From contig OX597817.1 in NCBI GenBank assembly GCA_951406725.2, forward strand, positions 37,138,001 to 37,202,000: a DNA stretch of 64,000 nucleotides, given 5' to 3'. Source of the DNA: Octopus vulgaris. Lineage: Eukaryota. Positions 1-14,362 of this stretch are shown in pieces; the stretch's first letter is position 1, and every line of letters starts with the position of its first letter. Below the pieces are notes generated by a model. The model made no database searches. It was not told where the DNA came from and worked only from the letters and a program-made list of their open reading frames with translations. The position numbers and the translations under genes were made by a program.

Positions 1-451
1 ATGAAGAAGAGCTAAATGTATATAAGTTGGGTAAAAGGAAAGTGCCTGACTGTAGGGCTTGAGATTTCCATTAGCGACAAATGCCATTTTAAACACAGTG
101 AGAAATCAAAGACGCAGTTCATGTATCTCTTGCTGAAAATCTAATTAGTATATCAAAGAAGACAACCACACAATATGGTTGATAGAAATGAGTTTGGATA
201 TGCCAAACTTTAATGAATGTTGTCGTATAATGGCTAAGATCATTAAACCTGCCCTATACTGCGAATAATGATTCGAAGTACTTAACAATCTAAAATAGAT
301 GTAAGTAAGAATAGCACACCTGAAAATGATCGATAATATATACTGATGGAAACATCGAGCAGAAAATAGACTAAATACGAAATGTACGTTTCATAGAAGA
401 ACCTAAACAAAATATTTCTATAGCTGTTTACACTGGTAAGGATATTCTGTC

Positions 452-515
<64 letters not shown>

Positions 516-609
516 ACACACACACTTTGTATATATACACACACATATATGAATATTATATATATATATATATATAAACAGACAGATAGATAGATAGATT
601 CAATAACGA

Positions 610-1090
610 ATTAAAAGCACCGCTGGTGGCGTAAACATTATCCACCGCACGCATTATAATGAATCTGTTTTGCTTTTCACCGGTTTGCTGTGGAACGATG
701 TCTGGAGGCGCGACTGCCTCACCGTGCTTGGTGTTAGAACACCTGAAAGTCATTGACAGGCGAGAGACTCGCTTGCGGTACCATTTAGGAGTGATGGATA
801 CCGAAATTTCTCCCTTTTTTGCGGCTTATCAACATGACGTACCTGAACCGAATTGTGGACGGCTCGAATCGCAAGTTCATGACTATATACAGATTATGTA
901 AAGATCCATTCGCTGATATTCTATGGTAGTGCATATTTAAGGTTACATTCAATAACATTAGAAGCATCGCTGGTGTTGTAAGAATTATCGAGCGCACATT
1001 TTCAATGTATGTGTTTTGTTTGTTCACCGATTCGCTGCCAATAGCGTCAGGGAGGTGACTCCTTCATTACGCTGGGTGTTAAGTCCTGAA
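610..1090 (+). mobile_element. Decayed RTE-clade LINE ORF fragment (post-RT region)
   Basis: Frameshifted translation gives FCFSPVCC...LEHLKVIDR...MDTEIS, LYTDYV..IFYGS, FNNIRSIAGV and ANSVREVTPSLRWVL. These are collinear with RTE motifs (F.PSKCK, LEVVDRF.YLGS, LLYG.E, RSIAR, LRW.GHV). Matched by eye only. Confidence 0.45.
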
Positions 1091-1602
1091 AGTTATAGGC
1101 AGATCAGAATATATATACACACACACATATATGTATGTATTGCATTTTTGTTTTTGGCGCACAAGATTATTAATGTGAACTTGTGCGTTGAAACAGATTT
1201 TGTTGTGCCTCTAGAGGGTCATTATGCCAATAATAAACACACGCACTGGCTTTATTTTACTTATTTACTATTAGTTAATTGGTTCAATATTTAACCAATT
1301 AACGAATAACAAACAAGAGAAATACATCCAGTAAGTATTTATCATTGGCATAATGATCCTCTCGAGATACCGAGATACAAAATAGATATGTATTCACAGA
1401 GAAGCGCGCGCACACTCGCTGTGTTTGTATATGTGTATGCGTGTGTATGCGTGTGCGTTTGGTAGTTAATAATTTTAAGAGAATAATACTACAATTTAGA
1501 CATTATAAAGCAATCGAGATATGCATTCTGGTTCCTGAGAGTAAAGAAGAATGCACAGTAGTACTACTTATCGCCCATAAATGTAAACTACGGTTATTTG
1601 TG

Positions 1603-1912
1603 TGGCCCAGTTGTTAGGGCATCGGACTCGGGGTTGGAGGATCGGTTTCGATTCCCAGACTGGACATTGTGTTTGTTTATTGAGCGAAAACACCTAAATG
1701 CTCCACGAGGCTCCGGCAGGGAGTGGTGGCAACTGCTGTTGTACTCTTTCGCCCCAACTTTCTCTCACGCTCTCTTACCGTTTCTTGAGTAACGCTGCGA
1801 TGGACTGGCGTCACGTCCAGCTGGGGGAACACATACACCACAGAAACCGGGAAACCGGGCCCATGGGCGTGGCTAGGCTTGAAAAGGGCAAAAAGAAAAG
1901 AAAAGAAAGAAT
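1603..1912 (+). mobile_element. tRNA-derived SINE with Meta-like central domain, 11-bp TSD
   Basis: A-box TGGCCCAGTTGTT, B-box GTTTCGATTCC, GCGATGGACTGGCGTC...CAGAAACCGG block and (AAAAG)n tail. TSD ggttatttgtg at 1592-1602 and 1913-1923. Confidence 0.85.
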
Positions 1913-2795
1913 GGTTATTTGTGGGCATTGGGCGCACATATAAGGTCTAAACCAACCTTCTATTTTACAGCCCGAAGTTATTTTGCTTCTTATTGTGGGT
2001 GTCATTTAAGGTTTTACTTTCCATTAAGGGTATGTTGTAGTAGTTGCATAGTCTTTTGCTGGAGTTTCTTGAAATTCTCCTACTAGATTTAAAGACATTC
2101 GGAATACTTGCTATCGTCTATGACCCTCTTTTAGATTTTCTTGGAACCTATAAATTACAACACTAAATTCAAAGTTTTTAGTAATCAGTAGAGATCCTCT
2201 TCAAATGTTATTTCTGTTGGTATAGTGGTGGTCGATTTTCAGATTTCAATCTACGTTTAATTGGGCTGTCGTAATTTTCATCAGTTTTGCCAGGATTAGT
2301 GGGCAATTTGAATCGTTTAATGATGTTGTCTATTTCTTTTATGTTTTATTTAGATTTACACAAAGAATAGGTATATCTTTGTGAATAATTCTACATGCTA
2401 TTCCTGCATTATACAATTTGCAAGTAAAGTGGACGACAGTGGGGAGCTAATTAATATTCGCTTGTATGTGTTCACAAGAACAAGTCTGATAGAGATAATA
2501 GCCACAAACACACACACACATACATACACACACACATATGATGCAATGTTCTACCTAATAAACTCTAAATGAACAGAGGAAACATCTGTAGCAATTTCGA
2601 TTTCTACCGATAATTTATGAACTTGCTACCATCTTCAAACCGTTTGTATTGAGATTGTAGAAAGGTTAGCTCTGTTGATCTTCATATTTAAAGAGTAGTA
2701 AGTTGCAAATCCCGTGACATTATGTCGTTTTGTCTTACCATAGACAGAGGTTGATATTTTACTTGAATCTGCCGTAGCGTCTAGTGCATTATCGA

Positions 2796-4018
2796 AGTAG
2801 GGAGAGGCACGGTCCCATAGGTTCGATGACAGATTATGGATACTTCTGATATGTATTTCATTTACTTAAATTAAACCTCAAGTTAAATTAAACCTCAAGT
2901 TAGGTACTTCACAAAAGGCACACAAAAATTATGTCCAATTCAATGCCTAATATATATATGAATTGATTGAAGAAGTTACTGAACGATTTGTGCTCAGAAA
3001 TAGATGATGGCGTGTTAACGTTTCTCTGAAGTGCAATACCTGGAGACGTTAAAAAGCCAGAACAGGGCTATGGAGTCGATTTGATAGATTATCGAATACT
3101 GCACAAGTATGGAGAGGCACGGTCCCATAGGTTCGATGACAGATTATGGATACTTCTGATATGTATTTCATTTACTTAAATTAAACCTCAAGTTAAATTA
3201 AACCTCAAGTTAGGTACTTCACAAAAGGCACACAAAAATTATGTCCAATTCAATGCCTAATATATATATGAATTGATTGAAGAAGTTACTGAACGATTTG
3301 TGCTCAGAAATAGATGATGGCGTGTTAACGTTTCTCTGAAGTGCAATACCTGGAGACGTTAAAAAGCCAGAACAGGGCTATGGAGTCGATTTGATAGATT
3401 ATCGAATACTGCACAAGTAGGGAGAGGCACGGTCCCATAGGTTCGATGACAGATTATGGATACTTCTGATATGTATTTCATTTACTTAAATTAAACCTCA
3501 AGTTAAATTAAACCTCAAGTTAGGTACTTCACAAAAGGCACACAAAAATTATGTCCAATTCAATGCCTAATATATATATGAATTGATTGAAGAAGTTACT
3601 GAACGATTTGTGCTCAGAAATAGATGATGGCGTGTTAACGTTTCTCTGAAGTGCAATACCTGGAGACGTTAAAAAGCCAGAACAGGGCTATGGAGTCGAT
3701 TTGATAGATTATCGAATACTGCACAAGTAGGGAGAGGCACGGTCCCATAGGTTCGATGACAGATTATGGATACTTCTGATATGTATTTCATTTACTTAAA
3801 TTAAACCTCAAGTTAGGTACTTCACAAAAAGCACACAAAAATTATGTCCAATTCAATGCCTAATATATATATGAATTGATTGAAGAAGTTACTGAACAAT
3901 TTGTGCTCAGAAATAGATGATGGCATGTTAACGTTTCTCTGAAGTGCAATACCTGGAGACGTTAAAAAGCCAGAACAGGGCTATGGAGTCGATTTGATAG
4001 ATTATCGAATACTGCACA
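2796..4018. repeat. Tandem repeat, 310-bp unit, 4 copies
   Basis: ggagaggcacggtcccatagg recurs at 2801, 3111, 3421 and 3731. Copies 1-3 are near identical. Copy 4 lacks a 17-bp internal duplication. Confidence 0.98.
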
Positions 4019-4096
4019 AAAGCATTTGCCTCTTGTCTATATACGGGTGTGTATATTTTTTTTTCGTTTTAATTGTTTCATTATATGTGGTTACTA

Positions 4097-4283
4097 AGGC
4101 GGTGAGCTAGCAGAATCGTTAGCACGCCGGGCGAAATGCTTAGCGGCATTTCGTCTGTCTTCATGTTCTGAGTTCAAATTCCGCTGAGGTTGACTTTGCC
4201 TTTCATCCATTGGGGTCGATGTAATCGATTAATCCACTCCCTCAAAATGGCTGCCCTTGTGGTGGCAAAAGTTGAAACCATAA
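4097..4283 (+). mobile_element. SINE family A (ggcggcgagctggcagaa head), monomer with internal deletion
   Basis: Matches copies at 26978, 57271 and 63189. B-box-like GAGTTCAAATTCC. Degenerate flanking repeat tatgtggttacta / tgtgtagttatta. Confidence 0.85.
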
Positions 4284-5051
4284 TGTGTAGTTATTATTTT
4301 TGTTATTTTCGTTGTCACTTAGCCCCATGTAGACTCTGAGTTATCAGACCTCTAGTCTTGGGAATTTAAGCCATCACAATCCTGTTCAATTTGTCATGTG
4401 TAATGTACACTAGGTTATGATTTATACTATCCAGAGTCGACTGCAGTTAAACAGATTTGGTCGTTATTTCTAACAAATCTAGTGCCAATATTAAAGATTT
4501 CCTTCTTTATCGCATTATGTCAAGTTTTATTGTATAGTACCCTGTTATCTTTCGTTTAATTGCACAGATTCAGGACCTCAGACTTTGAGACTCGGTTAAA
4601 TAAATACTACTGACGCTCAGATTTTACAGAAGAGAGTTAGCGGCATTAGTGATGTGAGATCACGTAACTAAAACGATACGAGTACACTCGGTAAGTGGCT
4701 CGTTGGGAGGTTTAACGCTATATTGTTTTCAGTTAACTAGATACAGAGCTTTAAATATACTAGAATGGAATTTCGTAACGTTAGATACGAGGTAATCCAT
4801 TTGAACTTGTAGCTTTCATATATTTTAAAGAACATTAGAAATTTCAGTGAAGCGAAACTATTCCAACTAAGAATCAAATCCATATTTTTAAACTTGATCC
4901 GGCTATAGATTAACTATATTCTTTGTCGTTCACCAAAGCGGATAAGCAATGACATATTTTAACCAAGTAGAATACCAGTTTTCTTTACTGAAAGTTTGTA
5001 CAATGTTGAATAGACAATTTATTAGAAGGTATATAGTAAATATATATAGTA

Positions 5052-5305
5052 TGTTGTGTCTGGGAAGAGTCATTTTATTTTTGTGCCTTATAATGTCTCA
5101 AGACTATTGAAAAGGTTGCAAGACGCAACGAAAATTTTAGGAAAATAAAAATAAGAAATAAGTGGAAATTTTACCAATGAGTGTGTTACATTATAAGGCA
5201 CAAAAAGAAAATGACTCTCCCCAGACACAACAGAATATGCTTCAACACACGAACTCAAATAAAGAATCTTCCAAACCAAATCCAAAAACGAAATATTATT
5301 ATACA
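5052..5305 (+). mobile_element. Fold-back element (45-bp inverted arms plus asymmetric tail), PLE pLTR-like
   Basis: 5052-5096 is the reverse complement of 5188-5232 with 2 mismatches. A degenerate hammerhead-like motif lies at 5104-5140. Confidence 0.65.
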
Positions 5306-6596
5306 TATATACAAAAAGGGTGTAGCGAAAATTAAGGATCGAGTAAAGGGTGCATAGACGGCTTATTGAAATTTATCGCAATGTTCAATACATTATTGTG
5401 AATATTGAAATATATTTGTTTAATAAACCAGTACGATTATAAGCCAATAAGAGAACTCTATGTGGTCGTTAGATTTGCTAAAAATAGCAACTGAATGTCC
5501 TTCAAATTACATTCTTTAAAAGTGAATGACCCATTGGAGGATTTGGACACGACTGAAATATCTGTTGTTCATGAGTCAGTGGATCAAAACTGACATTGAG
5601 TAAACAACACCAGCAACCAGCATGTCTGCCAGTCGGAAATAGAACTCAGCTGATTAGAATATGTTATCTACAAAATGTTTTTCAGATGTACTGAAGATAT
5701 TGAAAATCCTATTCTCTAGATTACTTTTTCTAATGGATATAAAATTTCAGCTTGTCTGCTTATTTTCCGTTGTCTTTAATCTGTTTAAAACGTGCTTTAC
5801 ATCCTTCACTGTGAAACAGTATGCCAATTATGTAAAAAAAAAAAAAAAAAAAAAACATGCTCAAATGTAATAATTTGTATTTGCTTTCAATTTAGTTTTT
5901 AAAAAATTTAATTCAATTTTGTTTACTTTCATTCTTGAAAGATTGCTTCAAAGAATTTATTTTCATTCGAAGTAATCTATGACGTCTAGCTGCAGTCTGC
6001 CGGAAGTTTTACTCATGAACAGCGAACATAAAAATATAGAAGCAACCTTAGAGCACTATATATATATTGATTATATGTTCTCTGTATTTTTAACTATATC
6101 CTAAATATTAACCTCAATGCTAACATCAACAGATGTAACCCATTTTCCGTCTGAAATAACTTATTATGCACTAATTCCTTTATTCAAACTTAAATTAAAC
6201 ACAACACTCTCATATATCACCGAATATGGTCAGCAGACCTTTATCCAGCCGAAAGGAACATGTAGTTTACACAGCTCACTTGCTAGATTCTAAATTGCAC
6301 CTGTTTTTTCTGTAGATGGAGAAACCCAGCTGTGAATAAAGCTGTAAGTAAAACAATGATTGTCCTAACAGTTTCCGAGGCATCATGACGTCATTGCAAT
6401 GTTAAATAAGCACTTCTGGTAACACTATCTTAAGGCTTTATTTATCTTACTACACCTGATTTAATTTCTCAAACTTGTTACAGCTTCTACTGATGCTATA
6501 AATATTTTGTATTTAATTTTCATCATGTTTTCGCCATCTCTATTTTTATTATTATCAGTATAATCATCATGGTGATAATAATAATAATAAATTCAA

Positions 6597-6975
6597 ATTT
6601 TGGAGTAAGGCCAGCAACTTTAGAGACAGGGCTTTAGTCTATATACATCGACACTAATGCGCAACTGTTATTGTATCGACCCGAAAAGATGAAAGGTAAA
6701 TTGAACGTTGACAGTATCTTAACTTGGAATATAAACAGCCGGAAGAAAGACGCTTAGCATTTTGTCCGGCGTTCTAAAAATTTTATCTGTTCTTCACCCT
6801 CATCATAATAATAATCCTTTCTACTATAGGCACAAGAACTGAGATTTGTGAGGAGGAGACTAGTCGATTACATCGACCCCAGTACTCAACTGGTACTCAT
6901 TTTATCGACCCCGAAAGGCAAGGTCGACCTCGGCGGAATTTGAACTCGGAAAGTAGTGGCTGGCGAAATTCCTTC
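6597..6975 (-). mobile_element. Two adjacent SINE family A copies (about 6597-6790 degenerate, 6817-6975)
   Basis: Reverse-complement match to family A, e.g. gtcgattacatcgaccccagtactcaactggtac and gtcgacctcggcggaatttgaactc. Confidence 0.8.
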
Positions 6976-8229
6976 TATGAATGTTACAAATCAAAATACT
7001 CGAACAGCTATATCAACCTAATTAGATGGCACCTGTTGTCCTATTTCTTTTGTATTTATTTGTTGTCGTTCTTTTCTTTTGTTTTAAGCAAACTGGAGGC
7101 ATTACTCGGAAACTTGGTGTTTTTCTTATCTAGCACCTAATACGGAAGGGTCTTTATAAGGTTCTAATGGAAGATTCATGTAAATATTTCCATTCTAGAT
7201 TGCTCTCCTGTCTCATGAACATAGAGATATTGAATGAAATATTTAGAAGCATCCTATGGAGAGAACACAAAACTATCATCGTTCAGTTTCTAGCTGGATT
7301 TATTTTATGTGTGTGAATGAGTGTTTTTGTATGTATGTGTATGCGCGCGTGTGTAAACCAAACATATGTATATCTGTAAGTACAGTGATAGAACGTAGGA
7401 ATTGTAGAAATACAGGAAAGAAAACTTTAGGGTCTGATGAGAATGGTTGAGGATGAACTATTTCAGTATTTGATTTATCATGCGCACGAACTAATTTATA
7501 GCGATGAAATTCTTCCTCTAGTCATTCGAAACGGTCGTAACCTTGAATAATTATATGTAACAACATCGCCTTCATTTCTTTGGCGTCATTGCTATTAGTA
7601 TGTTTATATTAATATATATGAGTAGACGCATCAATGGTGTAACAGAAAAAAATATTATTAGCTTTCATTTACAAGTTAAGATTCCTTACATTAATCATAT
7701 CTGCGCCTATGAGTTATATCTACAACCATGTCAGCTGATGAGTGTGGATGCAGAAACAGCCCAGTACCAGTCTGACTATGTTACAGTATTTATTTATTTT
7801 ATGCATACTCTGAGTTCAAATTCCACCAAGGTAGACTTTGCATTATTTATCTTAAAGACTAGTAATATTCAGACTGAAATTTGAATTGGATGCAGACCCG
7901 TACCTTGAGCTAGAATTAGAAATCAATGTTTGTTTATTAATTCGAGCTAGACAGATTGTTAGTTGTTAGAGCAGAAATCACAATTCTTCGTTCTTTTAAA
8001 ACATTCCTGGTAAATTTCCCCTCTGTGTTTGTTTTTCATTTCTCTCGTCGTATTTTCTCAATATGGAATATATTTTCTATAAATTTTCATTTTGTATTTA
8101 TTTATACTATTTTGTTGGAGTCGTGGAGAAGGGTATCCTATTACATCCCCTGCCGTTTCTATTTGCTAATATCACGTAATTAACGATAGATATTTCAAAT
8201 AGCACTGCTTCCAGACAAAGAAAGATCGA

Positions 8230-9720
8230 GTATTTGGTTACTGTACGTTGTGTTTTTTCTAACAAGTTTGTGTCGCTTTCTCTGTCTATTTCTTTCTAAT
8301 TTCATTCCTTTTTCTGTTTTTGTCTTTGTTGTGTTGAATTTAATTCAGATCAAGCTTTTCTCTCTTACATTTTCTCATTTTTTCTTCGTTTTTCTTAGTA
8401 ATTTATCGAGTTTTTACTCAGCTTCGTTATTTTTATTTTAAATTTCGCAGTTCTGTTCTTTCTTTTTCTCCATTCCATTTCAGTTTAGTTTTTTCCCTTT
8501 TGATAGTGGTGCTGATGGATTTTGGCCAATTCTATTTTCTCAAATCAGTCTTAACACGTCAGGCATTTATCTCCAACTTTTTAATTTAAATTTTCTTTTA
8601 AATACAGTTTCCGGAAATTAGTTTTCCCAGTAATGTTTTTTTTTTTTACCGCAGTCGTCTTATTTAAGTTTTCTCATATTTCCTTTCATTTCAGTTTTTT
8701 CTTTTTACAGTTCATTTCATATCTTAATTCAGTTTTGTGAAATTTGGTTTAACAATTCAGTTTTCTTATTTCGGTTCTTTTTTCATTCAAGTTTTCTCTG
8801 TTAGTCTTAGTTTTTCTTTCAGCCGTCGAGTTTATGTTTTCACATTTTCCTTTTTCTCATTGAAGGTTGTTTTCAGTACATTTTGTTTAAATTTAAATTT
8901 CCTGGTTTAATTCCATTTTCCATTATTATTTTTAGATTCAGTTTTATCATTTCAGTTTTCTAATTTCCATTGCATGCATTCCATGCTCACCAGATTCTTT
9001 TCCCAATACAGTTTTTTGCATTTGTGCATTTCTATCTCATATTTTTGGTAATTTCAAATTTATTGTTTCTATTTTCCATTATAATCTTGTGCTCAGTTTT
9101 GTGCCCTCGTTTACTTCTTTTTAAATATCACTTATCTGTTTCAATATTTCCAATTCTGTTTTCTACTTCGTAACATCCTAGTTCCAATTTTTCATTGTAT
9201 ATTTCACACGGTAGGTTTCCTCATTCTGTTCATTTTCATAACGGTTTCTTCTTTTTTTTTTAATCTTGTTTCAGTTTGCTGTTTTGCAATGTCATATCAA
9301 CATAGATTTCTGCATTTTTACTTTCTTATATTCTTTCCACATTTAAAATATTTCTAGATGTTGCTATTTATATATTACATATTTAACTATTCTATAATTC
9401 ACATTATATTGTTCATTATTCATTTGTATCTATTCTTTGAGGCTTTCTTTTGATCTTTCCTTCATTATTCTTATGTCAGCTGTACATGCTATTCTTCCAT
9501 TTGTTCCTTCATTCTCTTATTCCTTGTTTTCTGTTTTCCAATTCATTTCCTTGCCCCTTGCTTTTTCATCTTTCCTTCATTTCTTACATATGTTCTTCAT
9601 TTCTTTATATCAATTTTCAGACAATTTTCATCCAGAATATCTTTTCATCTTTGTTCAACGTAAGAATAACGGTTTCATTATTCTTTCAATCGCCGTTCCT
9701 CGTGTTTTATTTCTTACTCT
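8230..9720. repeat. T-rich strand-biased low-complexity tract with recurring TTCAGTTT(T)
   Basis: Strong T excess on the + strand. ttcagttt occurs near 8479, 8690, 8728, 8757, 8938, 8951 and 9270. Confidence 0.6.
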
Positions 9721-10199
9721 ATATTTGTTATGCAATACAAATAAATATGTGAAAATATAAACATTTGTTGAGATAAACAGACACACACGAACATATATAT
9801 ATATATATGAGTGTGTGACCATTTGCCTGGGTATATGTGTGTGCGTTCTTGTATTTTATTCTTTCCTTTATTCTCTGTTTTCGTAAAACATCTTGAGAAT
9901 GGATACAGCTGCAGCGAGTTTTTTGGATTGCCATACAAAGTGAATGAAAAGAAAGGAATGATATAAATAGATAAATAGAGAGAAAACGAATGAGAGTGAA
10001 AGAATAAATAGATAAAAAGAGAAAGAAATAGAGGAATCTTGAGGGGGAGAGAAAATGAACGTGAGAACAAAAGAAAAAAAGAAAGGAAAAAAAAGAAGAA
10101 ATAAGGACATAACATCTGCGGGAGTGGGGAAGCAATCAGTCTGAAAGGCGATATACAAATCATGACAACAGTTATGGTAGTTGGAACCATGTATATCTA

Positions 10200-10254
<55 letters not shown>

Positions 10255-10265
10255 ATATATATATT

Positions 10266-10310
<45 letters not shown>

Positions 10311-10328
10311 TGTGCATGCGTGCGTGCG

Positions 10329-10370
<42 letters not shown>

Positions 10371-10728
10371 GAAATGTGCTGCTAAACACTTCTGCATATA
10401 TGTATGCATAAAATACTTGATAATGCATATATATACTTGATAATAATAATAATAATACCTACATACATACACACACGCACTCATATACACACCCGAAGAG
10501 AGGGAGAGTAACATACTTCTAATTGTGTTGGTGTAGTTGTATCGACCCCCAGGCAGGAAAGAACAATTTTTTATAATTATTTAGAAATTAAGAACGACAT
10601 GCTCCCTATACATATATACTTGCACATATACGTTAGTAAATACATATATATATATATATGTGCGTGGGTGTGTGTGTATGTTTATATGTATGTATGTAGG
10701 TATTTTGTGTGTGTATGTATGTATGTGT

Positions 10729-10773
<45 letters not shown>

Positions 10774-11272
10774 TATCTATATAGTTCTCCTATGGAGTTC
10801 AGAGCCAGCTTTGCAACGTTTCGTAAACAAGTATGTATATCTAAAAAATGCATTCAAATAGGGGAAAATTTGGTAATGGCTGTATATACATTTTTCGAGA
10901 GTTAATGCTCTTTCATCAGTCCAACACCTAACCTATAAACTATTCACACCCACAGCTTGATACCCACTAAGTTTAACGGTGCAATACGATTGGATAACCC
11001 AATTGACATATTAAACATATTCCTGGCAACTGATGCGAACATATTAATATATACAGGTATTGTGCCTTATTTATTTGTTATTGTCATTGCATGGACGATG
11101 CCTAAGTCCAAAGTAATTGAGCGATTGACAAAATGCTTTATGACGTCGTTATCCTCTTTAGCATTCTTCCATGTCTTGCACAAATTTTATCCTGTCCTTC
11201 ATCCTACTACGTTGGATGACTACTCTTTGTTCTTAATGTTGACTTTTCTTTGTTCTTCATCTTATTTCTTCT

Positions 11273-11319
<47 letters not shown>

Positions 11320-12734
11320 TGTTCCTTCCTATATTACCCATTCTGTGTGACGAAACTATAGAATTGCCAGTATTTCACTGTCGTAAGCGTGTCTGATATC
11401 TCGATCGCCAAATCAAAAATTTCGACTCACCCTCAGTTTGTGGCTTGAAAGTTTAAATTCTGCAATAGGATAGAAAATTGTGAGGAATGGCTGCACTGAA
11501 CAACCTGCTTTATTCTTTCATTCTCGATTTCCTAGTCCATTGGCAAGGAATTCGAGTCGACTGGAGGTACATCAGTTGTGCATTAGAATGATAAGTGGTT
11601 ATGTGTCCCCCCACCTACCGCCGTTTCCCGAAATACTCGTTCTATAAGACGAGTTAATGCATTTCTAATTATAGAAACGTGACACCGACTCTGGTGTATT
11701 GGCATGTCTGAATATTTGTGGTACCTCAGCTGACAACCCATTTTCTGTTGGCATTTCATAAAGCTGGCATAACCTCCAGTTTATGTAGGTGCCAACTTCA
11801 TCATCAAGCCAACTTCTGTGCTTATACTCTTTTTGTGCTATCTTATTGCACTCACCTAAGAGATGGTTAATACAATCATGATCATCATGTTCATTATCAT
11901 CATCACCATCATCTTAATCATCATCATCATCGTCATCACTGTTGTAGCGGCGGTTGCTTTGGCTTCAACAGCAAGCAAAGAAATATATATGAAAAAGTAT
12001 CATTTTCATTGTTTGACAATAAAGTTAGCTTAAAGCAGTTTGAATACAATACATACTCCTTGTTCTCTCTGTCACTCTTTTTCTCTCCGTCAATGTAACT
12101 CCCTCATCTCCCTACTCCCCTTCTCTATCTCACTTATTTACCTCTATAGTTCTATTTTCTCTCTCTCCATTGTTTCTATCATCACCATCCTCTCTCCTTC
12201 ATTATGTCTCTCTCTTTCCTGGATCATTCACACAGTTTTCTATTGACATGCTGATATATCTTCCACACCATTCGATTCTTTCTACTTGACCTTGACTCTG
12301 TTTATATATGTATACATATATATGTGTGTGCGTTTTCCTTTCCTTATTTATTCCTTCCGTACTTCCTTTATTTGCTCATCAATTTATGTCATTTTTCTTC
12401 CCTTACCAGAATACTTCAGTACTGTCTTTCTTGAACAATAAAGCAATACAGTTGAATTTCTCCATCTTTCTGAGCCTTTCATTGACGAATAAAAGAGATA
12501 TATTGATCGAAGAATTCGACACAATGAACTTAAAATTGAGATCATTGGAAGAGTCTTTCTTTTCTTTCTTCCATTTTTCCTTCTTGGAATAATAAGGAAA
12601 AGAATAAAAACAACAACAAAAAACACACAAGAATGAGAACAATAACATCAAAAACAACAACAACAACACCAACGACAGCAATAATAATAATAATGATAAT
12701 AATGAAAATATTGAAAATGATGATAATATAGCAG

Positions 12735-12786
<52 letters not shown>

Positions 12787-13016
12787 TTCTGATATAGAGA
12801 GGTAGAAATCGAAATAAATTGAGGAATAAATAGAAATATAGGAGAAAAGAAATGAAAGAACAGAACATAGATAAAAGAAAAAAAAGCAATAATGACAAAA
12901 GAAAAAAATATAGGCATGTGTATTTCTCTTTCTGGCTATTGTGAGAGAGAAACAGAGAGTATGCGTGTGTGTGTGTGTGTGGTGAGTGTAAATTTGTATA
13001 TACTCGTTCTCTCTCA

Positions 13017-13055
<39 letters not shown>

Positions 13056-13319
13056 ACACACATACATACATACATACATACATACATACATACATACATA
13101 CATACATACAATATTTAATCCGTCTAAAGTTCAGCAAATCATAAACATGAGTGTGAGTTTATAAATGACTTAACAATAGGTTTATATTTGAGGTCAATAG
13201 GTATTGGAATAAAATATGCCTACCGCGAAATATGAATGTATTTGGGGGAGGGGGATAAAATTATTCTGTTTGGTTATATGCGCCGGTTTACCTTGTTCTG
13301 ACATATACATAAGCTTACA

Positions 13320-13358
13320 CACACACACACACACACGTTTTCAATTATATATATATAT

Positions 13359-13430
<72 letters not shown>
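13320..13430. repeat. Compound (CA)n/(TA)n/(TAGA)n microsatellite
   Basis: Direct inspection. Similar (TAGA)n tracts occur at about 10195-10252, 25550-25644 and 34980-35079. Confidence 0.95.
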
Positions 13431-13431
<1 letters not shown>

Positions 13432-13969
13432 GATATAAATGGCTGAAAATTTAAAATGATACTATCACTGTTTTTTTAGTATCCAACAAATTTTCAACAT
13501 ATACAGACAAAAAATACAGAATGAGATATGTAGAAAACCTCTGCTAATCATATTCCAGGCGCCTTTGACCTGCAGCAGTTTTATAGGGGAGAGAAACAAG
13601 AATATTCTTTATAAACAAATAAGGTACTACATAGGTTTCGCACATTCTCGTTCAAGCGAGTTGCAGATTAAGTGCTTTCAGTTAAAAGCTATGCATATTT
13701 AATAAAAATATGCATTAACATTTCGCACGGGTATGTTAAACTATGAGGCTTCCTAATATCTTGTAGATGACATACCTTCGATTTTATCATGACTTTGAGC
13801 TTTAACCTTATTCAAATAATTCATTGCAATCGTTTGAGGGCAAATGTCTCTCTCTCTCTGTATGTATATATATATATGTTTACACATGTAAGTGTATGTA
13901 TATATGTGTATGTATGTATGGGTATTGTGATTGTCACTTGTTCACAGAAGAAGGGCGTCTCTTCAAGAA

Positions 13970-14325
13970 GAAATTAACGTCATGAGATCTTATATGACGT
14001 GCGTGTGCGTGTTTCGACCCTAATGCAGACGTTACATACATTTTCAGACAGAAAAGTGTCTGGTATTGTACTCACATTTTCGAAGTACTTGTTTCAAATG
14101 TTTCACAACCATCGTAGATCACTTCCTTCTAAACTGATAGGTTTTCTGTCACCTGTCCCCAATCAGCAACATCTACACTAAATTCATGTTCGACAGAATC
14201 CCTTAAACATTTCTTAGCGTTATGTCTCAGATGTTTGTCATAACTTACCGTAAAACAAATGCTTAGATAACCTGTTATCCTCCATAGAAATAAAGCTCTC
14301 AACCCGTCGCACCTAACTGCATATG
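13970..14325 (-). mobile_element. Decayed RTE-clade LINE 3' ORF end
   Basis: Minus-strand MEDNRLSKHLFYGKL (cf. RMPD.RLPKQLFYGEL), KKCLRDSV...VADWGQVT...GCETFE and CNVCIR (C-terminal Zn-finger-like). Confidence 0.65.
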
Positions 14326-14331
14326 ACACCG

Positions 14332-14362
<31 letters not shown>

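Noticed and set aside
785-1027. Helitron Rep-like words (ENVRS, YHRI, LYI) on the minus strand
   Set aside because: Motif spacing is wrong; the + strand fits an RTE relic better.
12403-13137. 244-aa minus-strand ORF
   Set aside because: Chain of microsatellites (YVCM, ER, HT, YI, L runs).
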